Origin: Malacoraja senta
Taxonomy: Eukaryota
Assembly (NCBI GenBank): GCA_038087875.1
Contig: CM075993.1
Coordinates: 6,946,001 to 7,010,000 of the forward strand
Length of the DNA: 64,000 nt
Direction: 5' to 3'
Of the stretch, positions 12,294 through 23,162 are shown in pieces. Position 1 is the first letter of the stretch. Every line of letters starts with the position of its first letter. The position numbers and the translations under genes are program-made. The notes below the pieces were generated by a model. That model was not told where the DNA came from. It searched no databases and was given only the letters and a program-made list of their open reading frames with translations.

Positions 12294-14447
12294 AATGTAA
12301 AACTGTCTGTCCCTTCAGGTGACTGTTAACGGCCCCATAAAACAATTCTGAACAAGGACGTGGAGATTTTCCAGCTTTCCTGGTCAATTTCTATCTCTCA
12401 AACAATCTCACAAATAAATAGATTACTCGGACATGAAAAATGATACAGGGTGTGAGTGCTTCATTCTTTCTTTCCTCCATACTATTGTACTGCCAAATGA
12501 AAAATATCAACAATGAGCAACCTGAAATAGTTTGTTTTTTTATTTTTGCTAAGAAGCAACAGGATATCAATCCAAAGAAATTAATGAGAACACTTACCAT
12601 GGGAGGGACTTTAATGTTTGGGATTTTTTCAAATGAATCAAAGGTTATACAAATGCCATATTGTGGATAACGTGCAAATAGAGAATGATTTCTGAGAGAT
12701 TCATGTATAAATATAACCTCTAATAATACTGTGTATAGCTTCCTACATTAAAAAGTACTTAATTGAACAGAAAATATTTTGAGTGTCCTAAAAGGGATGT
12801 GAATGCAACTTTATAAATTTAAGCCTTTTTCTTCAGCATCTTCTTACGAGTCCTTCATCAACACGAGAAACATTGTCAGGAATATATTTTATTCATTGTA
12901 GGATGAAGCAAACACCAGAGAAGTGTTGCTCGATTTAAGGTCTTGGATAAAGATAAAATTCACAAAATAGAAGAAATGTTATCTGAACCCTAGTACATTA
13001 TAGCAGTATGTTGGCCGTTGATGGGTATTTAGCCCAATCATCATTCAAATCTACACTCTGCCATCATAACATCCACATGGAAATATGTAATGTAATGTTG
13101 ACAAGTGAAAGTTGTTACATTTTCAAAAGTTAAACCACGAAGGACTTACACAGTAAATGGTAGAGTTCTGGAGAGTGTTGTAAAACAGATCCATGGATGC
13201 TGGGTAAATAGTTCCCTGAAAGTGACAACACAGATAGACAGGTTAGTTAAGAAGGCATTTGGCATACTTGTCAGTCAGGGCACTGAGTACAGGAGTTGAT
13301 ACATCATGTTACAACCAAACTCCAGCACCAGAGGACAGGATCGATCCTGGGTCTCTGTCACTGTGAGGCTTTACCAGCTGCGTCACTGTGCCACTAGTTT
13401 TTTGTTTTAAATATGTTTCAATGATTTAGATGAAGAGAGCAAATCTATACAGATTGAAGGATAATATAAAAATAGATGGCAATATGAGCTCTGAGGAGGA
13501 TGTGGAGACATTTGAAAGGGATAGACAGGTTGTCACTGTACAAGGACATGACAGATGGAATATAATGTTGATGTGAAATGATCCACTTTTGTAGAAATAA
13601 TCGAAGAGCAGAGTGTTTTTTAAACTGATGAAAGCTGGAAAGATATTGGAGTGTAGAGGAACTTCTGTGTTCAGCACATACATATTAACAGAATCAAGAG
13701 ATGTAGAGTTGGTGTTGGAACGTGTGGCTGAGTAAAAGATCTGTCAATTATCTCTTTGAAGGTAGAGCAGATACAAGTGGGTGAATAGTTACTCCTGCTT
13801 CTAGTTTTTAAGTTCTAAGTAAATATCTCTGACTCCAGAACTAATTTCAGGAAAACCCCCCTCAAATGCAGCATATCTGACTAACGCTGCCAGCTAAGCT
13901 CAGGGAGAATGCTACAAATTATTCAGCTTACATTAGAACAGGTAAAGGAAACAGGCCTTTCTTGTATTTTTGGCAATAGATTGCAAAATGTGTTAAAATT
14001 AATCTATTAAGAACCCTGTCATTTGTATTATTCTGCATACTTGGCAAGAGATTTGGTACAAAGATAAAAAGTCCATGCTATAATAGAAACACACAGACTG
14101 TCAGTGATACGTTCATATGCATTATGCAATGATTCATGAAGTGCTTTAGTATGATTTCCTTAGTTAAACTGGTCACCTTTAGCAAAAATGTACACTGCCA
14201 CAGTACGTGAAAAGTTATGAAAGTGATGATTTCATTGTGAGAGTGATAATGTGGTTCTGTTACGCTCATAGAACACAGAACAGAACAGCACAGAAACATG
14301 TCCTTCAATCCATCAGTTGGTCATGTCCTTCATCCGTCAGTGCCGAACATGATGCTAAATTAAACGAATCCTGCCCTTCTGCATGATCTATACACCTGCA
14401 CAACTATGGGCCTATCTAAAAGCCTCTATTGTATTTGCCTCTACCAT

Positions 14448-14942
14448 TAGGGTTACCAACTGTTCTGTATTTGCCAGGACATCCCGTTTTTTGGGCTAAA
14501 TTGGTTTGTCCTGTACGGGACCGCCCTTGTCCCGTATTTGACTGCTACTACTTGGGTCGAGGGGACTGTCGAGTCGGAGCCCCGCCACACCCGTCCCGAC
14601 GTAGTGCAGCCCATGGAGTGCAGCAGCAGCGCCTCGCCCGTGGCCCCGTCGGTTGGCAGCCCGGCCGTCTGTCCGACCGTCGCTTGCCGCCGACACCACC
14701 ACCCCTCCTTCTCATGGCCGGTCATCGGTTCACGGGTTGGATGGGGTGGCGGACTTTACGGGCAACATCGCGTGGGCCAAAACTCCTCAGCTGGCCCGCT
14801 GGCTGGGCTTTGTGTGCATCCAGCACCCGGGCCAACTCATCATTCACCCAGCCACAGCCGAGTATGCACCTTGCCTTCTGGAGTTTGTCCCTTATTTTTA
14901 TCTTTTGTCCCTTATTTGGGAGTGAGAAAGTTGGCAACCCAA
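14448..14942. mobile_element. Non-autonomous hAT element (TAGGGTTGCCA-type TIR)
   Basis: TIRs TAGGGTTACCAAC / GTTGGCAACCCAA; 8-bp TSD TCTACCAT (14440-14447) / TCTACCAG (14943-14950); inserted in an old minus-strand CR1. Confidence 0.85.
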
Positions 14943-15367
14943 TCTACCAGCACCCCTATCAGCATGTGACAGGTACCTACCACACTCTATGTAGAAATAC
15001 ATGCCCTGTGCATCTCTTTTAAACCTATCCCCTCTCATCTTAAAGCTATGACCTTCAGTATTTGACATTTCCATCCTGGGGAAAAAAGCTTTAACTGTCT
15101 ACCCTATCTATTCCTCGCATCATTTTGCAAACTTCCATTAGATCTTCTTTCAGCCTCTGATGTTCCAGAGAAAACTATTTAACTTTGTCCAACTTCTCCT
15201 TATAGCCAACAAATCTAATCCAGATAGCATGCTGGTAAACCTCTTCTGCACCCTCCCCAACACCTCCATATCCTTCTTGTAATACAGAGACCAGACCTAC
15301 GCACAACACTCCAACTGTTGTCACTCCACTGGATCCTCGACTTCCTGACCAACAGACCCCAATCAGT

Positions 15368-15420
15368 GGGGTGGACGATTGCGACCTTCACGTGGTCCGC
15401 CCTGTTTCGACAAATGCAAT
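15368..15420 (+). ncRNA. Minimal HDV-like ribozyme, copy B
   Basis: P1 GGGGTGG/CCGCCCT, P2 ATTGCG/TGCAAT, P3 ACC/GGT, L3 TTCACGT, J4/2 CAAA (C at 15411). Confidence 0.75.
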
Positions 15421-15506
15421 CAACCCGGCGTGCACAATCAAATAAGATCAAATAGAACAAGTTGTCCTACAACTTTAGGCTGTGCACGCCATACGCAAGA
15501 AGAAGA
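15368..15506 (+). mobile_element. ~140-bp retroposon with 5' HDV-like ribozyme and (AAG)n tail, copy B
   Basis: TSD AGACCCCAATCAGT at 15354-15367 and 15507-15520; cleanly interrupts a LINE RT sequence. Confidence 0.9.
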
Positions 15507-17058
15507 AGACCCCAATCAGTGAGTATCGGGGACAAATCATCCTCCACGATAATCCTCAACATGGGGCTCCACAAGGATGCGCTCAGCCCCCATCTTCACT
15601 CCTTGCACACCCAAGACTGCGCAGCTATGTACAAATCTAATTCAATTTCCAAATTCGCTGACGACACCACCATTGGAGGACGGATGTCAAATAATGAGGA
15701 GACGGAGTACAGGAAGGAGATTGAGTAACTCGTGTCTTAACGTCAGCCAGACAAAGGAGATAGTGATCGACTTCAGAAAGCAAAGTGGTTCACATACCCC
15801 AGTTTGCATTGAAGGTGCCGAAGAAGAGATGGTCGAAAACCTCAAATTCCTAAGAGTCAATATCACCAACACCTTCTCCTGGACCACTCATGTTGAAGCA
15901 ACGACCAAGACGGCACACTTCCTCTACTTCCTTAGATGGCTTAGGAAGTTTGGCATATCCCCTAAAACTCTCACCAACTTCTACAGATGCACCGTAGAAA
16001 GAATTTCATCAGGATGCATCACAGCTTGGTTGGGAACAGCTCCATCCAGGACCGCAAGAAATTGCAGCGAATTGTGGACGTAGCCCCAGCCATTACACAA
16101 ACCAACCTCCCTTTCATCGACTCCATTTATACCTCATGCTGCCTCGGCAAGGCCAGCAGCATAATCATGGACGAGTCGCATAATCCTGGCTACTCCCTCT
16201 TCTCCCTCTACCATCAGGAAAAAGGTATAGAAGTGTGAAAACGCACACCACCAGATTAGGGACAGTTTCTTCCCAGCTGTTATCAGGCAACTGAATCATC
16301 CTACCACAACCAGAGAGCAGTGCTGAACTACTATCTCTTTAATAACCCTCAGACTATCCTTGATCAGACTTTGCTGGCTACACCTTGAACTAAACGTTAT
16401 TCCCTTATCATGTATCTATACACTGTAACTGGATAGATTGTAATCATGTTACAGTGGTGCAGCGGTAGAGTTGGTAGAGGGTCGCTGGTTGGTGCAGACT
16501 CGGTGGGCCAAAGGGCCTGTTTCCACGCTGTATCTCTAAACTAAAATGCATTGTCTTTCTGCTGACTGGTTAGTATGCAACAAAAGCTTTTCACTGTACC
16601 TCGGTACATGTTTATCTTTATCTACTGTGTTACCACTTTCAGAGAGTTAAGGGCTTGGACTTCAAGATCTCTCTGTATATAAATGCTGTTCACAGTCATG
16701 CCATCAATTGTATACTTTCCTCTTACATTTGACCTCTCAAAGTGCAACACCTCAAATTTACCTAGATTATACTCCATCTGCTACTTCTCCGCCCATATCT
16801 GCAACTATCTTTTGACAGCCTTTTTCGTTGAATTTTAGGGGAAAGTACTAAACTGGTGTAGGGTAAATTACAACATTATTAAACATGAGCTACGGAGAGT
16901 TAATTTGAAACAGCTGTTATGGGATAAGTCCACATCTTACATATGTGAATCATTTAAAGGCAAGCAGATCAAAGTTCAAGACCGGCATGTTCCAATAAAG
17001 GAGAAGGAATGTTTGCTTTGTTTGCAAACTCACTAACGAACTCATCTACATTTTAATC

Positions 17059-17184
17059 TGAAGAAGGGTCTCGACCCGAAACGTCACCCATTCCTTCTCT
17101 CAAGAGATGCTGCCTGTCCCGCTGAGTTACTCCAGCATTTTGTGTCTACCTTCGATTTAAACCAGCATCTGCAGTTCTTTCTTA
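17059..17184 (+). mobile_element. Penelope-associated short repeat with minimal hammerhead-like core
   Basis: CTGAAGA-A-GGGT-CTCG-ACCC-GAAA-CGTC at 17058-17085; 12-bp TSD TACATTTTAATC at 17047-17058 and 17185-17196. Confidence 0.75.
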
Positions 17185-17859
17185 TACATTTTAATCCTAG
17201 TCATTTATGTATATCACAAACAACAGATATCCCAGCAGAGATCCCTGCAGAACACCAGTGGTCACGGATCTCCAGCCAGAATATCATCCTTCCACGACTA
17301 CCATCTATGGTTAAAGCAGTTCAGAATCCAACCCATCATTATCCAAGGTTCCATTACCTTGCTATCCTTGTCCCTGGTCCTTACTGGAACTACCGGTCCC
17401 GAAATCAAATTAGCTTATTTAAACGATTCACACGTCTGATGTGGACTTACCCAATAACAGTTGCTGTAAATTAACTCTCTCTAGCAGCTGCCTAATAATG
17501 TTGCAATTTACTCAACCTCATGTTAGTACTATCCCCAAGGTCCAGACTTATTCATAATTATCTTACAACTTTGAGGTATTGTGATTACTGTCCCCAAAAC
17601 GTTCTCCCACTGAAATGCCGGTCACATGGCCAAGCTCTTTCCATAAGACCATATAATTTCCCAATAAAGTATGACCCCTCCTCTGGTTGGACTATTCACA
17701 TACTATTTCAAGAAGCCCTCTTGGATATACCTAACAAATTCTGCCCTGTCTAAGCCACTTGCACTCAGCAAGTCCTATTCAATATTAGGAAAGTTAAAGT
17801 CACCGAATACGACAACTCTGTTGCTTTTACATTTGTTTCATAATCTGAGCACATATCTT

Positions 17860-17912
17860 GGGGTGGGAGGTTGCAACCTTCACGTGGTCCGCCCTGTTTC
17901 GACTAATGCAAT
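17860..17912 (+). ncRNA. Minimal HDV-like ribozyme, copy C
   Basis: P1 GGGGTGG/CCGCCCT, P2 GTTGCA/TGCAAT, P3 ACC/GGT, J4/2 CTAA (C at 17903). Confidence 0.75.
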
Positions 17913-17996
17913 CAACTCGACGTGCACAAACAGAAGATCAAATAGAACAAGTTGTCCTACAACTTTAGGCTGTGCACGCCACACGACAGAAGAAGA
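17860..17996 (+). mobile_element. ~140-bp retroposon with 5' HDV-like ribozyme and (AAG)n tail, copy C (diverged variant)
   Basis: TSD AGCACATATCT at 17848-17858 and 17997-18007. Confidence 0.88.
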
Positions 17997-18310
17997 AGCA
18001 CATATCTGTTCCTCTATCTGGCTATTGGGAGGCCTATAGTATAATCCCATCAGAGTGATTGCATCCATCTTATTTTTAAGCTCTGCCCATATTGCCTTAG
18101 TGGATGATCCTGCCAGTAAAGCTGTGACATGCTCCTTGATTGAGAATGTAACTCCTCCACCTCTTAACCTCCCTCTCTATCACACCTGAAACGCAAAACC
18201 CAGGAACATTGAGCCTCCACTCCTGCTCCTCTCATAACCAAGTCGCTGTGAAACTCGTAACATGTTCGATATAAATCTGGGTGTGTGTTTAAACATTCGT
18301 GATGAAAGAT

Positions 18311-18673
18311 GTATCAGTATCAGTATGTATCAGTATTTCAGTATCAGTATTTCTTTAATATCATTTCACTGAGTACTCGCATACACAGAGGAAACGAAAA
18401 AACGTTGCTCAATCGGTTTCCATTCAGTGTAAAAAACAAAAGGATAATACATAGAGCTTTAAAAACAAATTAAAATTACCATTCTTAAAAAGAAAGTAGG
18501 CCTAAAAATTAACAATATAATAAAAACAGTCATTCTGATCGACAGTGGCTTCACAGTGGCTTTACTTTGACAGGTGCCTAACTGTCAAAGTATGGGCGCT
18601 GTTGGATGTGTGGATGAGCGATGTTTTGGGAGGGGACAAAGTCCGTTAATCAGTCTTATTGCCTGTGGGAAGA
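18311..18673 (-). mobile_element. LINE 3' end fragment with (TACTGA)n tail
   Basis: (TCAGTA)n followed by TTTCTTTAAT on plus; Rex-like 3' ORF remnant. Approximate. Confidence 0.45.
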
Positions 18674-19109
18674 TGTCATAAATCAATGAAGTATCATTGT
18701 CATTAATTCTAATCAGTAGAAACTCCTACTCTCGTTATCCTTCAATCTATATTCTCTTTCATGAAGCTCGATAAACAATTAGTCTGTTTTGGGACCCAGC
18801 TCCTGTTTATAATCTCAATATCCAATTATAATGAACTGAATCTGTATTGCAATAAAAGTACTGTATCAAGTTGCGCAACAGCAACTCATGACTATTATAA
18901 CCAGAGCAAGCATTGCCATTGTTCAGCCACATATATTAGTGCAACTAGTAATAGTATAGTAACCAATAAAATTACTGAAATTAGCAACTATAGTGCAACA
19001 AGGAAAAAACAAAGCAGTTAATAATTGCACTGTGACCAGTACCACCACAATCAACCAATAATAGTACTGCAACAATATAGTAGCCAATACCTGTTTAGCA
19101 ACTAGTAAC

Positions 19110-19502
19110 CAAAGATCCTATAGCGAGCAAGATAGCCCACTTGACGGAAAAGACGTAGTATGATCATGGGCAGATGTATGGGAACTTTCGGCCCCATTTC
19201 CGTAACCGGCTTCCGTCTCCGCACCAAAGATCCCATAGATACTAGTGCGGAGACGGAAGCCGGTTACGGAAACATCCTTGTAAAAATAAAAGTTCTTTGG
19301 TAAAAATCTTCTCCTCATTTTCAGAATTATAATTTATTAACACAAACTGTTCCCCCGCAACGTTGATTACACTGCGAGTCGGGTCGGGTCGGGTTACTGA
19401 AATGGATGAAAAAAAGGCCCACGTTCCGCTCCGTTGCGTACTACACGTCAGCCCATTGCATTTAGCAGGAGTGGTCTATCTTGCTCCGCTATAGGATCTT
19501 TG
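19110..19502. mobile_element. MITE with ~33-bp TIRs and 8-bp TSD (probably hAT)
   Basis: CAAAGATCCTATAGCGAGCAAGATAG... / ...CTATCTTGCTCCGCTATAGGATCTTTG; TSD CTAGTAAC at 19102-19109 and 19503-19510. Confidence 0.9.
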
Positions 19503-19951
19503 CTAGTAACAGCACTGCAATGGCCCACCTACTGACTTGCGGCGGAGAGGCATGCACTGCGGATGATCTCTGCAGAGGCACAGATGTGGCACTGGCCGTG
19601 GCAAAGCGATGGCAGAACGTCGTCTGACACACGAGCGTGCGAACGAACTGCAACAAGTAAAAACATTGCAGATAGTAATTCTACTGCAACATAAAAATGC
19701 TGCAAACATCTGTAATAACACTGCAACCAATAACAATATATCATCCCAGTACCACATTTCCAACTAGTACTTGACTTGCACCTAATAATGTAGGTTAATT
19801 GCTCGCTGTAAATTACCCCTAGTGTGTAGGGAGTGGATGGAAAAGCGGGATAATAGAATGAGGATGAACGGGTGATCGATGGTCGGTGTGGACTTGTTGG
19901 CCAAAGGGCCTGTTTCCATGCTGTATCTCAGATTAACAAAACTAAACTAAT

Positions 19952-20397
19952 AAGTCAAGTCGTCAAGTCACATTTATTTATATAGCACATTTAAAAAACA
20001 ACTCTCGTTGACCAAAGTGCTTTACATTTGTTATAAGAATAGTATAAACAAACAAACTACATACATATATACATATAGCCCTCGCTCAGAGGACGTCAAG
20101 AAAGGCTTGGGAGTATAGATTAGTCTTTAGTCTTGACTTAAAGGAGTCGATGGAGGGGGCAGATCTGATGGGAAGGGGGGTGCTGTTCCACAGTCTAGGA
20201 GCTGCAACCGCAAAGGCGCGGTCGCCCCTGAGCTTATGCCTAGACCGCGGGATATTCAGCAACCCCAAGTCGGCCGATCTGAGGGACCTGGAGGTGGAGT
20301 GGTGGGTGAGAAGACTTTTGATGTAGGTGGGGGCAAGCCCATTGAGGGCTTTGTAGACATAGAGGAGGATCTAGAAATGTATACGGAACCGCACAGT
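19952..20397 (-). mobile_element. L2-like LINE 3' fragment
   Basis: GDRAFAVAAPRLWNS..IRSAPSIDSFKSRLKT; AATAAA and (GACTT)n tail. Confidence 0.8.
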
Positions 20398-20794
20398 TCC
20401 GTATACTGAAGAATAACAATAAAATACCTGGAGGAACACCACAAGGCATATTATTGGACAGTACTGTGTGGCAAAAACATTTTGAAGAATGCCACTTATT
20501 GTAGTGTTTTAAAAATTACTCCCTCAAGAAATGCAGGTAAAACAGGTAAATCGGTCATGAATTGATTTGTTAAATTCTGCCATGCGCCAAGTGGCTGATG
20601 CATTTACCCAAACACTAATTTAGTTGGTGTCAGATTAATCATTGCCCATGAAGAACTTTGATAGAAGTTTGAAGACTATGACAGCATGGTAACAAGGCCA
20701 GCCTTTTGTAATCCATTTATTAATTAAGTGGCTGCAATACCATGAAGTGCCTGTTAGGAGTGACATTGAGCTTCCAATCACTCAAAGAAATAAG

Positions 20795-21237
20795 TGTTAG
20801 ATAGATAGATAGATAGAATCTTTATTTGCCACACGACCAGGGTTGGTGGTATTTGGGTTCGGTAATAAGGAAGGAACTGCAGATGCTGCAAAATCGAAGG
20901 TACACAAAAATGCTGGAGAAACTCAGCGGGTGCGGCAGCATCTATGGAGCGAAGGAAATAGGCAACGTTTCGCGCCAAAACCCTTCTTCAGACTGATAGG
21001 GGGTGGGGGGAAGAAAGGAAAAAAGGAAAAAGGCGGAGGAGCCCGAGGGCTGGGGGAGGGGAGGAGACAACCAGAGGGCTGATGAAGGGGAGGGGACAGC
21101 AAGGGCTAGCAGAATTGGGAGACAACCAGAGGGCTGATGAAGGGGAGGGGACAGCAAGGGCTAGCAGAACAGCCCTCGGGCTCCTCCTCCGCCTTTTTCC
21201 TTGCCGCACCCGCTGAGTTTCTCCAGCATTTTTGTGT
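20795..21237. mobile_element. Composite Penelope-associated insertion with partial inverted arm
   Basis: 15-bp TSD ACTCAAAGAAATAAG at 20780-20794 and 21238-21252. Confidence 0.7.
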
Positions 21238-21396
21238 ACTCAAAGAAATAAGGCTGGAATCCAGTTGATCTCAAACTTCATATCAATGGATCAATATTAA
21301 TTTTGTTGTCCTATATTTCATTTCCTTTCAGACATTAGGTTCTTTTCCAATATATGTACCATGATCTATTCCTGTTATAATAAATAAAGGAGCGGT

Positions 21397-21826
21397 TTGC
21401 GGCGAATTGTGGACGCAGTCCAGACCACCACACAAACCAACCTCCCTTCTATTGACTCCATTTATACCTCACGCTGCCTCTGCAAAGCCAGCAGCATAAT
21501 CAAAGACGAGTCGCTCCCTGGCTTCTCTATTCTCCCATCAGGGAAAAGGTATAGAAGTGTGAAAACGCACACCTCCAGATTCAGGGACAGTTTCTTCCCA
21601 GCTGTTCTCAGACAAAGTGCAGTGCTGAACTACTATCTACCTTTTTGGTGACCCTCGGTCTATCCTTGATTGGACTTTGCTGGCTTCGCCTTGCTCTAAA
21701 CCTATTCCCTTATCACTGTAATGGCTCGATTGCAATCATGTATTGTCTTTCTGCTGACGGGATAGCACGCAACAAAAGCTTTTCACTGTACCTCGGTACA
21801 CGTGACAATAAACTAAACTGAACTGA
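21397..21826 (+). mobile_element. Rex1/Babar-like LINE 3' end
   Basis: LPSGKRYRSVKTHTSRFRDSFFP; AATAAA and (ACTGA)n tail; same family as 15323-16610. Confidence 0.8.
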
Positions 21827-22129
21827 AAGTAAGTATGGTATGTGATTTATTATAAGTCAATGTGTGATCTAATTTCTTCCTATCCTTTAGAATGACCCTG
21901 ACCCTGTACTTTACTGGCAACTCACAGTTACTCAGAATTTGTTGCACACGGCATTATGCAAGCAGCATGATGCACAATGCCATTATATGATTATGCCAGG
22001 TCATTGGACTTCTGATTCAATTGATTTTATTCTGTTAGTCCAAGATAATCAAGTGGACTTGTTGGTCTCATTGTGACTTGCTGCAACTAGTAACGACTTG
22101 CTGGTGCATTATCGTCAACAGCTGTGATC

Positions 22130-22475
22130 TTCATCATCATCATTGAAAACATCAACGGACACGGTGCCTCACAATGCTATGTACGATGTGATCGCAACTT
22201 CTACTGAAGTGTGGATGGCAGCTGGCTCGCTAGGAGGGTGTGCACAATCAAATAAGATCAAATAGAACAAGTTGTCCAACAACTTTAGGCTGTGCACGCC
22301 ATACGCAAGAAGAAGAAGAAGGCTCGCTAGGAGCTCATCCGCCCTTTGACAGGTCTTGTTTTTGGTCCTGCTGAGGGTCCACAGCCCCCTCCTCACCTGG
22401 CAAACCAGGTGGGGGAGACGGTTTAGTCGTCGACTATCCGACCAAGGAGCAGGTAGCACGTGATTATCCCCCCCG
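22130..22475 (-). mobile_element. RTE-related short element with (TGA)n tail, interrupted by copy D
   Basis: (CAT)n on plus at 22130-22143 and a GC-rich structured body; family assignment tentative. Confidence 0.4.
22237..22320 (+). mobile_element. 5'-truncated copy D of the ribozyme retroposon (ribozyme absent)
   Basis: Hairpin domain plus (AAG)n only; TSD GGCTCGCTAGGAG at 22224-22236 and 22321-22333. Confidence 0.88.
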
Positions 22476-23162
22476 ACCTGACAATGAGGTGTGATCATAT
22501 AACCTCTGATCATATAACACTTTTCCACACTTGGATTTAACTACAAAAGAAACAGGAATTATTTTTCGTGTCACTTAGGGAACTGTAGAAAGATTTTTAA
22601 AAAAGATGATGATTTATATTTATCGACAGCTTTCTCTTCCAGGTAATGTATAACAATATGATATTTTTTATGGCATACAGACACTAGTTTTTATTTCCAA
22701 AATAGGCTGAAGGGCCTATTTCCCCTGTTGTATGACTCTACAACGCTGTTGCAGGCTTTGAATGTGCATGTCCCTGAGTTATTATTGTTGGCCTCTGAAT
22801 CTATAGTACAATAATATAAACATGTTGATATGTCTTGGAAATGTAGAGAAAATAGCCTCGCTACAACTTGGCGCAGACCAAACTCCAAAGAATGCCAACA
22901 ATAGATCTTATTTAACAAGCTTTACTGCGACAGATGGAATGTTGGGTGAAAGGCTCGGAGCTCATAAGGACCAAAGCAATGAATTTATTTATAGGAAGAA
23001 AGTGCATAATGGCAAATGTAATCATCTGCTTTATATGTGATATAAAGTAGAAAATGCTGGAAATATTTCAGGAGACTAGGCAGTAACTGGAAAAAGAAAT
23101 AGTTAACCTTTCAGATCGATCATTCCAAGTTCTGATGGGGAGTCTTCAACGTTTAATGTCCA

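Larger units (their letters stand above)
15323..16610 (+). mobile_element. Rex1/Babar-like LINE, 5'-truncated and degraded
   Basis: KFADDTT, LNVSQTKEIVIDFRK, FYRCTVE..SGCITAW, DRKKLQRIV motifs across frames; interrupted at 15368-15506 and 16450-16545. Confidence 0.8.

Noticed and set aside
12427..12522. Possible minus-strand exon bounded by TTTCAG and GTAATC
   Set aside because: Weak donor, two of three frames closed, peptide not recognisable.
22400..22475. Partial HDV-like motifs on minus (TCACGTG, GACTAA)
   Set aside because: No P1 5' strand or P2 partner found; cannot support a fold.
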